A DNA stretch of 58,241 nucleotides, from the NCBI GenBank assembly GCA_028865035.1, contig JAGWLB010000005.1, positions 1 through 58,241 of the forward strand, read 5' to 3'. Origin of the DNA: Patescibacteria group bacterium (lineage in GTDB: Bacteria > Patescibacteriota > Minisyncoccia > Phycocordibacterales > UBA9973). The translations under genes were made by a program, and so were the position numbers. Positions 1-9,156 of the stretch are shown one piece after another; the stretch's first letter is position 1, and each line of letters opens with the position of its first letter. Below the pieces are notes generated by a model that saw nothing but the letters and a program-made list of their open reading frames with translations, did not search any database and had not been told where the DNA came from.

Positions 1-336
1 ACTTCATCACCAACAACATCTACTAACACTGGTTGTCTACCGGGATACCTATTCAGTACCATTGATGGTCATCCGTGTAATACTACTCAAACCTCAACTC
101 AACCTTCTACCTCCACAACTTACAACTTTGGACCAATCAATCTAATCTTTGGTAGTAGGGGAGATGCAGTTAAAGAACTCCAACGTTACTTCAATGACAC
201 TCTCCACTTAAACCTAGTAATCGATGGAATCCTAGGTAGAAACACCATAGCCATAGTTAAACAATGGCAACAAGATCATAATCTAACCCCAGATGGAATT
301 ATCGGACCTATGACTAAGGCGATGATGGAGAAGTAG
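1..336 (+). CDS. 3' fragment of a Thr/Ser-rich secreted protein ending in a peptidoglycan-binding (PG_binding_1-like) domain; 5' end lies outside the window
   Basis: Frame 1 is open from base 1 to TAG at 334-336. The tail GDAVKELQRYFNDTLHLNLVIDGILGRNTIAIVKQWQQDHNLTPDGIIGPMTKAMMEK has the LQ..L...DG..G..T...FQ...L..DG..G..T signature. Confidence 0.6.
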   Translation, partial: TSSPTTSTNTGCLPGYLFSTIDGHPCNTTQTSTQPSTSTTYNFGPINLIFGSRGDAVKELQRYFNDTLHLNLVIDGILGRNTIAIVKQWQQDHNLTPDGIIGPMTKAMMEK

Positions 337-448
337 AGGGTATACATTAAATATACTTTTGGTATAATGGTGTATATAACAATCTCCTGTTTTTTGGAAC
401 AAAATACACAGTTTATTTCATTAAAGCAAGAAATATATAACAATATTT

Positions 449-1183
449 ATGAAAATATCAAAAGTTATAGAAAATCTGGGCTATAAATATAAAGAAGTTA
501 AAGTGTATCTTGCTACGCGTGCACTTGGAGAAAGTAAAGTGTCTGATATTTCTAACAGAGTTGATATGCCACGTTCAAGCACACAGGTTTCATTAGAGAA
601 ATTGCATAAAAGTGGTCTCGTGAATTTCTACGTTCGTAAAAACCGTAAATATTGGATAACCGAGCCACTAGAAAAACTTCTTAATTCTATAAGAGAAAAA
701 GAAAAATCTTTAGTATCTGCTATTAAAGATTTAAAATTATCAAAAAATAATAATATGGCAAAGCCAAGAGTTAAAGTTTTTAATGACGTAGAAGACTTAA
801 GAATTCTTCAAGATTCAATAATTGAAGCTAAGCGCAATATATCAGCTATACTTCCTTGGGATATGTGGCTTGATACTATGGGGCAAGAATATATCGACGA
901 CTTTATCGCAGCTAGAGTTAGGAATTTTTTAAATATAAATGTTTTAGTATCTAAAACTGCCAGTTCTTTAAAATTAAAAGACGGAGATTCAAAGGATCTT
1001 CGCAAAATTAAATTTTTACCAAGTGATATTAATATAGAAAATGCAGTATTTATTTTCGGTGATAGTATCGCTATTATAACTTTAAATAAAAGCCAACCAA
1101 CCGGTATTATAATAGAAGATCCATCTACTGCAAGAACAATGAATGTATTTTTCCAAAATTTGTGGGAAAGAGGGAGTGATTAA
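449..1183 (+). CDS. TrmB-like winged-helix transcriptional regulator
   Basis: The N-terminal region (YKEVKVYLATRALGESKVSDISNRVDMPRSSTQVSLEKLHKSGLV) is HTH/wHTH-like and is followed by a TrmB-type C-terminal extension. Confidence 0.55.
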   Translation: MKISKVIENLGYKYKEVKVYLATRALGESKVSDISNRVDMPRSSTQVSLEKLHKSGLVNFYVRKNRKYWITEPLEKLLNSIREKEKSLVSAIKDLKLSKNNNMAKPRVKVFNDVEDLRILQDSIIEAKRNISAILPWDMWLDTMGQEYIDDFIAARVRNFLNINVLVSKTASSLKLKDGDSKDLRKIKFLPSDINIENAVFIFGDSIAIITLNKSQPTGIIIEDPSTARTMNVFFQNLWERGSD

Positions 1184-1204
1184 TTTAAATTAAATATAAT
1201 TTAA

Positions 1205-1270
1205 GTAACAACAATTTTGTTGTTACTTTCGAAAACAGCGTATATTTTTTATAAAAATATACGCTGTTTT
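1205..1270. terminator. two consecutive perfect hairpins downstream of the regulator gene
   Basis: GTAACAACAA-TTTT-GTTGTTAC, then AAAACAGCGTATATTTTT/AAAAATATACGCTGTTTT. Confidence 0.5.
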
Positions 1271-1640
1271 AGCCTTTGTAAATATGTTATTTAAGAATAG
1301 TATATTTACAAAACTAAAAATGTGTGGTCTTACATAAAATACTTTTTGAAAGATAAAACTTTTGAAAATATTTAAAGTATAAATAAGATAAGGGCATAGG
1401 AGTTTTTTAAACTATTCATTTGTCACTGCTTAATTATTAAATAAAGCGAAGTGCACTTGAATGACATGATAATGCGTAGATTGCATATTATGCTGATAGA
1501 TGTCAATCATAGCAGTATTTAATAAATACTGTGCGAGGGATATGTTTGATAACTACACTATGTTTATATGTACCTATGCCAAACCCCTTTGGGGTAATAA
1601 AGGTCGCGTATATTATTAATCACTAATAAATAATAATATT

Positions 1641-2039
1641 ATGAATAATTTTAATTTGACAAAAGCGTTAGTTTTCGGAGTGTTTATTTGGATTATTATG
1701 TTTGCTTTCATTTCATTTTTGATCGGTGTTAATCTGTATGATACATCCACATTAATGAAAGTAATAGTTGTTCTTGTTGCAGCAATCTTGTCGTATCTAT
1801 TTGCTAGAAATATAAAGTCACCAACATTGTCGCAGGCGTTTGGTTATGGTTTTATTTGGGCATTTATAGGTATTGGATTAGATATGCTAATTAATTCAGA
1901 ATTTAATTTCAATTTACTTAGCTCATGGGAATATTGGTTGAGTTATACCCTTATTATATTTGCACCAGTAATACGTGCAACTATGAGTAAAGGAGAAAAA
2001 ATTGAAGTTAAAAGTTCAACTATTTCACAAGCACACTAA
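1641..2039 (+). CDS. small integral membrane protein (about 4 TM segments), function unknown
   Basis: Hydrophobic segments run throughout the 132-aa ORF. Confidence 0.5.
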   Translation: MNNFNLTKALVFGVFIWIIMFAFISFLIGVNLYDTSTLMKVIVVLVAAILSYLFARNIKSPTLSQAFGYGFIWAFIGIGLDMLINSEFNFNLLSSWEYWLSYTLIIFAPVIRATMSKGEKIEVKSSTISQAH

Positions 2040-2121
2040 TTATATGTTTTAAGTTTTTAGTAATATTTTGTTCAAACAAAGGTCGTGATTGTTATTATTG
2101 GTAAATAATTTAAATAAATAT

Positions 2122-2538
2122 ATGAAATTAATTAAATGGGAGCCGTTTAGTAAAATTGATAACTTATTTGAAGATTTTCCGATAAGTACTACTCGTTTCT
2201 TTTCTTGGGATTTAGCAGTTGATGTTTATGAAGAGAAGGGGAATGCTGTAGCTAAAATGAATTTACCCGGTATTGATCCTGACAACATAGATATTTCTAT
2301 TGATGGAAACTTGCTATATATATCTGGAGAACGCGAAGAAGAAAAAGAAGAAAACGAAAAGGAATATTATAGTAAAGAGATAAGGAGAGGTTCATTCTCA
2401 AGAACAATCGAATTACCAAGTCATGTGAATGTCTCAAAATCAGAAGCAAACTATAAAGAAGGTGTTCTTACTATAGTTATGCCAGAAATTAAAGAAGAAA
2501 AAGAATCAAGGGTTAAATTAAAAATAAATAAAGGTTAA
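2122..2538 (+). CDS. Hsp20/alpha-crystallin small heat-shock protein
   Basis: Alpha-crystallin domain pattern (DVYEEKGNAVAKMNLPGIDPDNIDISIDGNLLYISGER...GSFSRTIELP...EANYKEGVLTIVMPE). The ATG at 2122 is preferred over the TTG at 2089. Confidence 0.85.
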   Translation: MKLIKWEPFSKIDNLFEDFPISTTRFFSWDLAVDVYEEKGNAVAKMNLPGIDPDNIDISIDGNLLYISGEREEEKEENEKEYYSKEIRRGSFSRTIELPSHVNVSKSEANYKEGVLTIVMPEIKEEKESRVKLKINKG

Positions 2539-2557
2539 TTTATCTAAGATATACAAT

Positions 2558-3211
2558 ATGTATCAAAATAGATCTGAAGCAGGAAAACAATTATCTAAAA
2601 GACTCATTAAATATAAAAATAATAAGGAGGCAATTGTCTTGGCATTACCTCGTGGAGGTGTGGTACTTGGGTATGAGATTGCCGAAGCGCTAAACCTACC
2701 CCTAGATATAGTTGTAGTGCGTAAAATTGGCCATCCTAGTAATCCTGAATATGCTATATGTGTTGTAAACGAAAATGGTTCGCTTTTATGCGACGAACCT
2801 GAATATAAATACATAGATCAGAATTGGCTTAAAAAAGAAATTTTAAAACAAAAAGTCGAAGCACAAAGACGTATAAACCTTTATAGAGGAGAGAGGAAGC
2901 CGGTAGAAATTACTGGTAAGGTTGTTATTATTGTTGATGATGGTATTGCTACAGGACTTTCAATGCAACTCGCTATACGTTCTGTAAAAATACAATCACC
3001 CAAAAGGATTATCGTAGCTGTACCAGTGGCACCATCAGATTCAAAATCTTTCATACACGAAGAAGGCGCTGATGAGATTATTACTCTAGAGCCTTTTGAA
3101 GAATATATGGGTTCTGTCGGTTCTCATTATTTAAATTTTGAACAAATCCAAGATGATAAAGTTGTTCAATTACTAAAATTATCATACGAAAAGTATAAAG
3201 ATCTAGTCTAA
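2558..3211 (+). CDS. phosphoribosyltransferase-family protein
   Basis: PRPP-binding loop VVIIVDDGIATGLSM and N-terminal LPRGGVVLGYEIA. Confidence 0.7.
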   Translation: MYQNRSEAGKQLSKRLIKYKNNKEAIVLALPRGGVVLGYEIAEALNLPLDIVVVRKIGHPSNPEYAICVVNENGSLLCDEPEYKYIDQNWLKKEILKQKVEAQRRINLYRGERKPVEITGKVVIIVDDGIATGLSMQLAIRSVKIQSPKRIIVAVPVAPSDSKSFIHEEGADEIITLEPFEEYMGSVGSHYLNFEQIQDDKVVQLLKLSYEKYKDLV

Positions 3212-3252
3212 AAATCTAAGTAGTGAACTTCATGGCTTAGATTTTTTATTTT

Positions 3253-5481
3253 TTATTCGAAGTGAAGATCTAAATTTTTACCCAATAAAGCTTTTGCAAG
3301 TATAGGAAGCGAAGATATATTTTTATCATTTTCTATTATTTTTGTAGCTTCATATCGTGCTGCTTCCACCATTTTAATATTCTTTATTGCTTCCATTCCT
3401 AAATCAGTAATACCCCACTGCTTTTCACCACCTAGTAATCCTGCTCCACGAAGAGATAAATCTAATTCTGCTAATTCAAAACCATTATTTGCTTTAACTA
3501 AAGCTTTTAATCTATCTATCGTTTTATCTGTTTTTGCGTCAGCGAATAAGTAACAGTAAGATTGATAGGTACTACGCATAACTCGTCCTCTAAGTTGGTG
3601 AAGCTGAGCAAGACCAAAACGTTCAGCCCCCTCTATTATTATAGATGTGGCATTTGGTATATTAACTCCAACTTCAATAACAGAAGTAGATACCAGTATG
3701 TCTAACTTATGATCTTTGAATTCTTTCATAACCTCTTCCTTTTTCTGTTTTGACATCTTGCTATGCATAATACCTATACGATACTGTGGAAATACATCAC
3801 GGGCAAGACGTTTTGATTCAGATATTACTGATTTAACCATTATAGCTTGTTCTTTAAACCCTAGTTCACCTGCCTGCGCAGGCAGGTCTATGCGTGGACA
3901 AATAACATACACCTGTCTTCCTTCTGATAATTCTTTTTTAATAGCTTCATAAGCCTTAATTCTTTTATCTGGTGATACGATTTCAGTAATTATTTTTTTA
4001 CGACCGAGAGGCATTTCATCTATAATGGTTAGATCTAAGTCCCCGTAGATAGTTAATGCCAGTGTTCTTGGGATTGGAGTAGCTGTCATTGAAAGATAAT
4101 GTGGAGCATGACCTTCCTTTTTTACTAATTTCATACGCTGATTTGTTCCGAAGCGATGTTGTTCATCTATGATAACTAAACCCAAATCTTGAAATAAAAC
4201 ATTTTTTGAAATAAGAGCGTGTGTACCTATAACTATTGGAATCTCCCCATTCTTAATCCATTTTAGGAGTTGATTTTTAGATATTGGAGTCCAAGTCTTC
4301 TCTTGCACCCCATTTATCCAGCGGGCACTTTTACTAGGAAACTTTCTACAACCTGAGCCAGTAATCAATGCTATTGATATACCTGTATGTTGAAAGTAAT
4401 TAATAAAATTCTCAAATAACTGAGTAGCTAATACTTCAGTAGGAGCCATATACGCAACTTGTAAATTACCAAAGGTTTGTTGTTTTCCCAAATCGGAGTT
4501 AAATGGTCTGTTTTTTATAACAGCGTATGCGACTGTTGCAGCAACAAAAGTCTTACCACTACCAACATCTCCTTCAATAAGTCGAGACATTGGCTTGTCT
4601 TTTTTGAAATCATCTAAAATTGTTTTTATTGCAGTCGTTTGAGATTTTGTTGGAGTAAAAGGAAACCTCGAAATGAAATCATTAATATCCTTTTGTGGAA
4701 TACTGAGCTTGTAAGAGAATAATTCTTCGTAACTTTTACGTTCCTGTTGTCGAGTTAGTTGAATAAAAAATATTTCTTCAAATGCAAATCTTTTACGAGC
4801 TATATCTGCATGAGACTTCTTTTGTGGCATATGTATCCAAATAAAGGACGTGTATAAAGAAGGTAATTTGTATTTATCGATTATGTTTTGTGGTAAATAG
4901 TCGACTATTCTTTTAGTGTTGTCATTTTTTAAAATTTTTTGAATTGCATGATAAATCCATAAAGACGTAATACCTTTTGATTCTCCGTAAACAGGGTAAC
5001 CAAAACAATTTGCTACATCAGATGATGCTTTAGCGCTTTTAAAAAGTGAATTATGTATATCTATCGGTAAAACTTCTTCAGAACTAATCTGTGGATTTGT
5101 TAATGTTAGACCATATGTTTTATTCTCGGACACCTTGCCGGTTACTTTAACCACAGACCCCTCTTTTAACATTTTTGCTAAATATGGTTGATGGAACCAA
5201 ATAATATTTATCGAACCCGTTAAGTCAGTAAGCACGGCTTGCCCCATAGATATCTTACTTTTGAAGCTTTTTTTTGTTTTTAATTTTGAAATATTACCGA
5301 GAACAGTAATATTATCACCTGACTTTAATGTATCGATAGAACGTATTTCTGAAATATCGGTATACCTTGATGGAAAATAATAAAGTAAATCGTGTATAGT
5401 ATGCAAACCCAGACGGTCTAGCGCCTTTCTCTGAATATTATTAATTCTAAAATGCTTATCTATCTTATCTTCCTGTTGCAT
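3253..5481 (-). CDS. recG: ATP-dependent DNA helicase RecG
   Basis: Wedge/OB N-terminus, Walker A GDVGSGKT, DEQHRFG, TATPIPRT and QLHQLRGRV motifs. Confidence 0.9.
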   Translation of the reverse strand: MQQEDKIDKHFRINNIQRKALDRLGLHTIHDLLYYFPSRYTDISEIRSIDTLKSGDNITVLGNISKLKTKKSFKSKISMGQAVLTDLTGSINIIWFHQPYLAKMLKEGSVVKVTGKVSENKTYGLTLTNPQISSEEVLPIDIHNSLFKSAKASSDVANCFGYPVYGESKGITSLWIYHAIQKILKNDNTKRIVDYLPQNIIDKYKLPSLYTSFIWIHMPQKKSHADIARKRFAFEEIFFIQLTRQQERKSYEELFSYKLSIPQKDINDFISRFPFTPTKSQTTAIKTILDDFKKDKPMSRLIEGDVGSGKTFVAATVAYAVIKNRPFNSDLGKQQTFGNLQVAYMAPTEVLATQLFENFINYFQHTGISIALITGSGCRKFPSKSARWINGVQEKTWTPISKNQLLKWIKNGEIPIVIGTHALISKNVLFQDLGLVIIDEQHRFGTNQRMKLVKKEGHAPHYLSMTATPIPRTLALTIYGDLDLTIIDEMPLGRKKIITEIVSPDKRIKAYEAIKKELSEGRQVYVICPRIDLPAQAGELGFKEQAIMVKSVISESKRLARDVFPQYRIGIMHSKMSKQKKEEVMKEFKDHKLDILVSTSVIEVGVNIPNATSIIIEGAERFGLAQLHQLRGRVMRSTYQSYCYLFADAKTDKTIDRLKALVKANNGFELAELDLSLRGAGLLGGEKQWGITDLGMEAIKNIKMVEAARYEATKIIENDKNISSLPILAKALLGKNLDLHFE
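3869..3886. repeat. 18-bp G+C-rich perfect palindrome CCTGCCTGCGCAGGCAGG, in-frame inside recG (encodes LPAQAG)
   Basis: A 20-nt identical string CCTGCCTGCGCAGGCAGGTC recurs at 36139-36158. Confidence 0.8.
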
Positions 5482-5584
5482 ATTTATATGTAGGAGCTTT
5501 ATCTTGACCGTATAACACTATGCCACCTATAGCAATAAGGATCATTAGTAATATTATAGCTTTTGTCCTCTCAGCTTTATTCAT
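5465..5584 (-). CDS. possible 39-aa single-TM peptide overlapping the recG start
   Basis: Translation is MNKAERTKAIILLMILIAIGGIVLYGQDKAPTYKYATGR. TATAAT lies 7 nt upstream of its ATG. It falls below the ORF-track size cutoff. Confidence 0.25.
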   Translation of the reverse strand: MNKAERTKAIILLMILIAIGGIVLYGQDKAPTYKYATGR

Positions 5585-5591
5585 CTGCTAC

Positions 5592-5597
5592 ATTATA
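5592..5597 (-). promoter_or_regulatory. -10 box TATAAT, 7 nt upstream of the ATG at 5584
   Basis: Read directly on the minus strand. Confidence 0.35.
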
Positions 5598-5616
5598 GCA
5601 TGTGGTTATGGAGTAT

Positions 5617-5646
5617 AAAAAATCCTGTTTAAAACAGGATTTTTTA
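5617..5646. terminator. bidirectional hairpin between recG upstream region and the receiver gene
   Basis: AATCCTGTT-taaa-AACAGGATT, flanked by an A-run and a T-run. Confidence 0.55.
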
Positions 5647-6009
5647 TTTTAGAGATTTATTAACACGTTCGATTAATTCATCAAGTGTGAAATTCGATTT
5701 AACCATAAAATCATCGGCTCCCAAGTCTTTTGCTTTTTTTATATCTTTTTCTTCAGATAAATTAGAAAATACGATAACCGGAATTTGTTTAATATTATCA
5801 GTTGATTTTACTTTTTCTAATATTTCAAAACCATCAAATTTAGGTAATGTTAAATCAAGAAGTATTAGACTAATGCCTGGCTCATTAATTTTCTCCATAC
5901 CTTCTTCACCAGTAGAAGCCACAACAACATCATAATTATGTTCCTTTAGCTTGCGAACTTCCAGACCTTGAAGAAAACCATCATCTTCTATTACTAAAAT
6001 TTTATGCAT
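5644..6009 (-). CDS. single-domain response regulator (CheY-like receiver)
   Basis: Acidic pocket DD, phospho-acceptor LILLDLTLP, and a conserved K near the C-terminus. Confidence 0.85.
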   Translation of the reverse strand: MHKILVIEDDGFLQGLEVRKLKEHNYDVVVASTGEEGMEKINEPGISLILLDLTLPKFDGFEILEKVKSTDNIKQIPVIVFSNLSEEKDIKKAKDLGADDFMVKSNFTLDELIERVNKSLK

Positions 6010-6038
6010 ATATTTATGTGTTTATTCTAACATATGAT

Positions 6039-6785
6039 TTAGATTATTGGTAGTCTAACAAAAAACGTTGTACCAGAATCATTATCACTCTCAAACCATA
6101 TTTCACCTTTGTGGCGTAAGACTATACTCTTTGTAGCAAAAAGCCCTAAACCTGAACCAGAGTAATCTTTTTTAATTGCATTTTCTGCTCTATAGAATTT
6201 GCTGAAAATTTTAGATTTATCTTCTTCCTTTATGCCTATACCATTATCGTGAACAGACATATTTATACTATTTGTTGTATTGTCATATTCGATATGTATA
6301 GATACAGTATCATCTTGCTTACTGTACTTGATTGAATTTTCAATTAAATTTTGAAAAACAATACGAATCATTCTTTTGTCACAATTGATTAGAGGAATGC
6401 TAGTTTGCGGTTTTGTGAAGTTTATTTTTACATGTTTTTTCCTTGCTTCTCCATAAAATTCTGAAAGTGTTTGTTCTAATAATTCTAGAATATCAATTTC
6501 TTTCAGATCTAATTTAACGTTAATATCGTCAGTATGATTGATAATTAATAAGTCATTCACTAAGATAATCATACGCTCGTTACTGTCGAAAGTTTTCTGT
6601 ATAAAATCTTTCTGCTCAGCTGTAAGTTCTCCAAGGTCACCATCAATGAACATTTTAAGTGTCCATTTAATAGCCGAAAGGGAAGTACGAAGCTGATGGG
6701 CAGAAATAGAAATTAAATCGGATTTAACAGTATTGTTATTTTTTAATTTTTCATTTTCTAATTTTAATTCTTCAATTTCATTCAT
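6039..6785 (-). CDS. soluble sensor histidine kinase (coiled coil + HisKA + HATPase_c, no TM segment)
   Basis: H-box SAHQLRTSL, N-box NLIENSIKYS, G-boxes DNGIGI and GSGLGL. Confidence 0.85.
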   Translation of the reverse strand: MNEIEELKLENEKLKNNNTVKSDLISISAHQLRTSLSAIKWTLKMFIDGDLGELTAEQKDFIQKTFDSNERMIILVNDLLIINHTDDINVKLDLKEIDILELLEQTLSEFYGEARKKHVKINFTKPQTSIPLINCDKRMIRIVFQNLIENSIKYSKQDDTVSIHIEYDNTTNSINMSVHDNGIGIKEEDKSKIFSKFYRAENAIKKDYSGSGLGLFATKSIVLRHKGEIWFESDNDSGTTFFVRLPII

Positions 6786-6792
6786 AACACTT

Positions 6793-6798
6793 ATTATA
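6793..6798 (-). promoter_or_regulatory. -10 box TATAAT, 7 nt upstream of the kinase ATG
   Basis: Read directly on the minus strand. Confidence 0.4.
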
Positions 6799-6903
6799 CC
6801 AGAAATTAATCAATAATATAAAGCTATTTAATATATAACTTTACCTAGGAACATCTAAAGAGTAGACTGTGTAAGTGAGATTATTCGATAAATTATAAAC
6901 AAT

Positions 6904-8058
6904 ATGGATAATACTGATATATATAAAAAGTCATTAGATTTACATAAAAAGTATCATGGTAAATTAGAAACTAAAAGCAAGGTTAAATTAGACTCGAAAG
7001 AATCCCTATCTCTTGCTTACAGCCCTGGAGTGGCTGAAATTTCTAGAGAAATTGCTCGTGATCCAAGTCTTGCAAGAGAATACACTCTTAAACGTAACAC
7101 TGTAGCTATCATCAGTGATGGTTCGGCAATTCTTGGGCTCGGCAACTTAGGTGCCCTAGCCGCAATACCTGTTATGGAAGGTAAAGCCGCAATTTTTAAA
7201 GAATTCGGAGGTGTCGACGCTTTTCCTATATGCCTCGATACGCAAGATACTGAAGAGATTATAAAAACCGTTAAGCATCTATCGCCAGTTTTTGGAGGAA
7301 TTAATCTTGAAGATATTTCTGCACCAAGATGTTTTGAGATCGAAGAAAGGTTACGAAAAGAACTCTCGATTCCAGTTATGCACGATGACCAATGGGGAGC
7401 GGCCACAGTCATCCTAGCTGGATTAATAAATGCTTTAAAATTAACCAAGAAAACAAAAGAAAATATCCAAGTTGTTATTAGTGGTGTTGGTGCTGCTGGT
7501 GTTGCCACAGCTAGACTTCTTATTATTTACGGTATTACTAATATTATTTTCTGTGATAGTAAAGGCATCATTCATACAGGCCGTGCAGATCTAACTTCTG
7601 AAAAAAAAGAATTACTAAAATTAAGTACTCTTATAGCATACGAAGGTACTTTACAGGATGCTATAAAACATTCTGACGTATTTATTGGACTATCAAAACC
7701 TAATATTCTAACTACTGATATGGTTAAATCTATGTCAGATCAACCAATTATTTTCGCTCTTGCAAATCCAACACCAGAAATAATGCCAGAGAAAGCAAAA
7801 GAAGCTGGAGCATATATAGTAGCTACTGGACGCAGTGATTATCCAAACCAAGTGAATAACTCATTAGTTTTCCCAGGTGCTTTTAAGGGTATGCTTGAGG
7901 CGAACATACCACAATTTAAAATAAAAATGTTTAGTCGTATAGCTGAAGAGATTGCTAACTCCGTGAAAGATTTATCTACTGAGAAAATAATTCCAACGAT
8001 GTGGGATAAAGGAATTGTAGAGCTAGTTTCAAAAACTATCCAAGAATTTAAATCATAG
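6904..8058 (+). CDS. NAD(P)-dependent malic enzyme (short bacterial form)
   Basis: LSLAYSPGVAEISREI, ISDGSAILGLGNLG, VMEGKAAIFKEFGGVDAFPI and GVGAAG Rossmann motif. Confidence 0.85.
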   Translation: MDNTDIYKKSLDLHKKYHGKLETKSKVKLDSKESLSLAYSPGVAEISREIARDPSLAREYTLKRNTVAIISDGSAILGLGNLGALAAIPVMEGKAAIFKEFGGVDAFPICLDTQDTEEIIKTVKHLSPVFGGINLEDISAPRCFEIEERLRKELSIPVMHDDQWGAATVILAGLINALKLTKKTKENIQVVISGVGAAGVATARLLIIYGITNIIFCDSKGIIHTGRADLTSEKKELLKLSTLIAYEGTLQDAIKHSDVFIGLSKPNILTTDMVKSMSDQPIIFALANPTPEIMPEKAKEAGAYIVATGRSDYPNQVNNSLVFPGAFKGMLEANIPQFKIKMFSRIAEEIANSVKDLSTEKIIPTMWDKGIVELVSKTIQEFKS

Positions 8059-8072
8059 TGTATACTGCATAT

Positions 8073-8648
8073 ATGTTTACAGGAATTATTACAAAAAAAG
8101 GTAAAGTGATATCTAGTACAAAGAAAAACAATTCATGTTTCTTAACGATAGAAAAACCAAAAGGATGGAAGATAAAAGAAGGTGAATCTATTGTGACCGA
8201 TGGAGTTTGTTTAACAGTAAAGAAAATAAATAATAAGAATTATATTTCAGAATTAATGGAAGAGACACTAAAGAAAACAACATTTGGGAAAATCGTTCCC
8301 CAATATGTAAATCTTGAACAATCATTACGTTTAACTGATAGATTGAGCGGTCACTTTGTTACAGGGCATATAGATACAGTCGGTGTTATAAAAAAAATAT
8401 CAAGAAGTGGTACATCTTCTTTGTATACAATATCCTTTCCAAAATCTTTCCAAAAGCTTATAGTGAAAAAAGGCTCAATAGCTATAGACGGGGTAAGTCT
8501 TACTGTCGTTGATACTCATCCTGGCATATTCTCCGTGGCTATACTTCCATATACCTTAGAAAAGACAACTCTTGGTGATAAAAAAGTAGGAATGTCGGTA
8601 AATCTAGAATTTGATATACTAGCTAAATATATACAAAATAATAAATAA
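8073..8648 (+). CDS. ribE: riboflavin synthase alpha chain
   Basis: Canonical MFTGII start and duplicated lumazine-binding halves (GESIVTDGVCLTV / GSIAIDGVSLTV). Confidence 0.85.
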   Translation: MFTGIITKKGKVISSTKKNNSCFLTIEKPKGWKIKEGESIVTDGVCLTVKKINNKNYISELMEETLKKTTFGKIVPQYVNLEQSLRLTDRLSGHFVTGHIDTVGVIKKISRSGTSSLYTISFPKSFQKLIVKKGSIAIDGVSLTVVDTHPGIFSVAILPYTLEKTTLGDKKVGMSVNLEFDILAKYIQNNK

Positions 8649-8651
8649 TAT

Positions 8652-9110
8652 ATGTCACAAAACATTGCAAAAAGAGAATTCGAAATATTTAACGCAAAGT
8701 CATATCATGTAGGTATAGTCGTTGGAGCTTTCAACTACGAAGTTACTGATAAGCTTTTAGAAAGTGCGGTGGAAATGTGTCATAAATATTCCATACCAGA
8801 TGACAATATAAAGATTTATCACGTAGCTGGATCAGTAGAAATACCCGTTATTCTTAAGGCACTTGCTGGTGAAAAGTATGATTGCTTGGTTGCTCTTGGT
8901 GCAATTATTCGTGGAGACACTCCACATTTTGATTACGTAGCTAAAATTGTTTCAGAAGGAGTATTACAAGTAATGATGACATCAGGCATACCAGTGGGAT
9001 TTGGTGTCCTAACTTGCGAAAATATAGAGCAGGCACAAGCAAGGCTTCATACAGGTGGTGGAGCAGTAGAAGCAGCTCTTCAGTCTGCAAAAATTATAAA
9101 AAATTTATAG
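8652..9110 (+). CDS. ribH: 6,7-dimethyl-8-ribityllumazine synthase
   Basis: VAGSVEIP, LGAIIRGDTPHFDYV, GVLT. Confidence 0.9.
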   Translation: MSQNIAKREFEIFNAKSYHVGIVVGAFNYEVTDKLLESAVEMCHKYSIPDDNIKIYHVAGSVEIPVILKALAGEKYDCLVALGAIIRGDTPHFDYVAKIVSEGVLQVMMTSGIPVGFGVLTCENIEQAQARLHTGGGAVEAALQSAKIIKNL

Positions 9111-9156
9111 ATTTGTAATAAATCTAACATCTTATACAAAGATAATATTTCACATT

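Noticed and set aside
808-1005. Nested antisense ORFs inside long genes. Examples are 808-1005, 2563-2814, 3716-3952, 5687-5935, 7017-7508, 9381-9602, 22463-22723, 24654-24884, 25362-25631, 30440-30811, 31160-31909, 39610-39936, 40588-40821, 49992-50391 and 55755-56251.
   Set aside because: Each lies wholly or largely opposite a gene with clear family motifs. Such ORFs are expected in AT-rich DNA, and none has an independent start or promoter signal.
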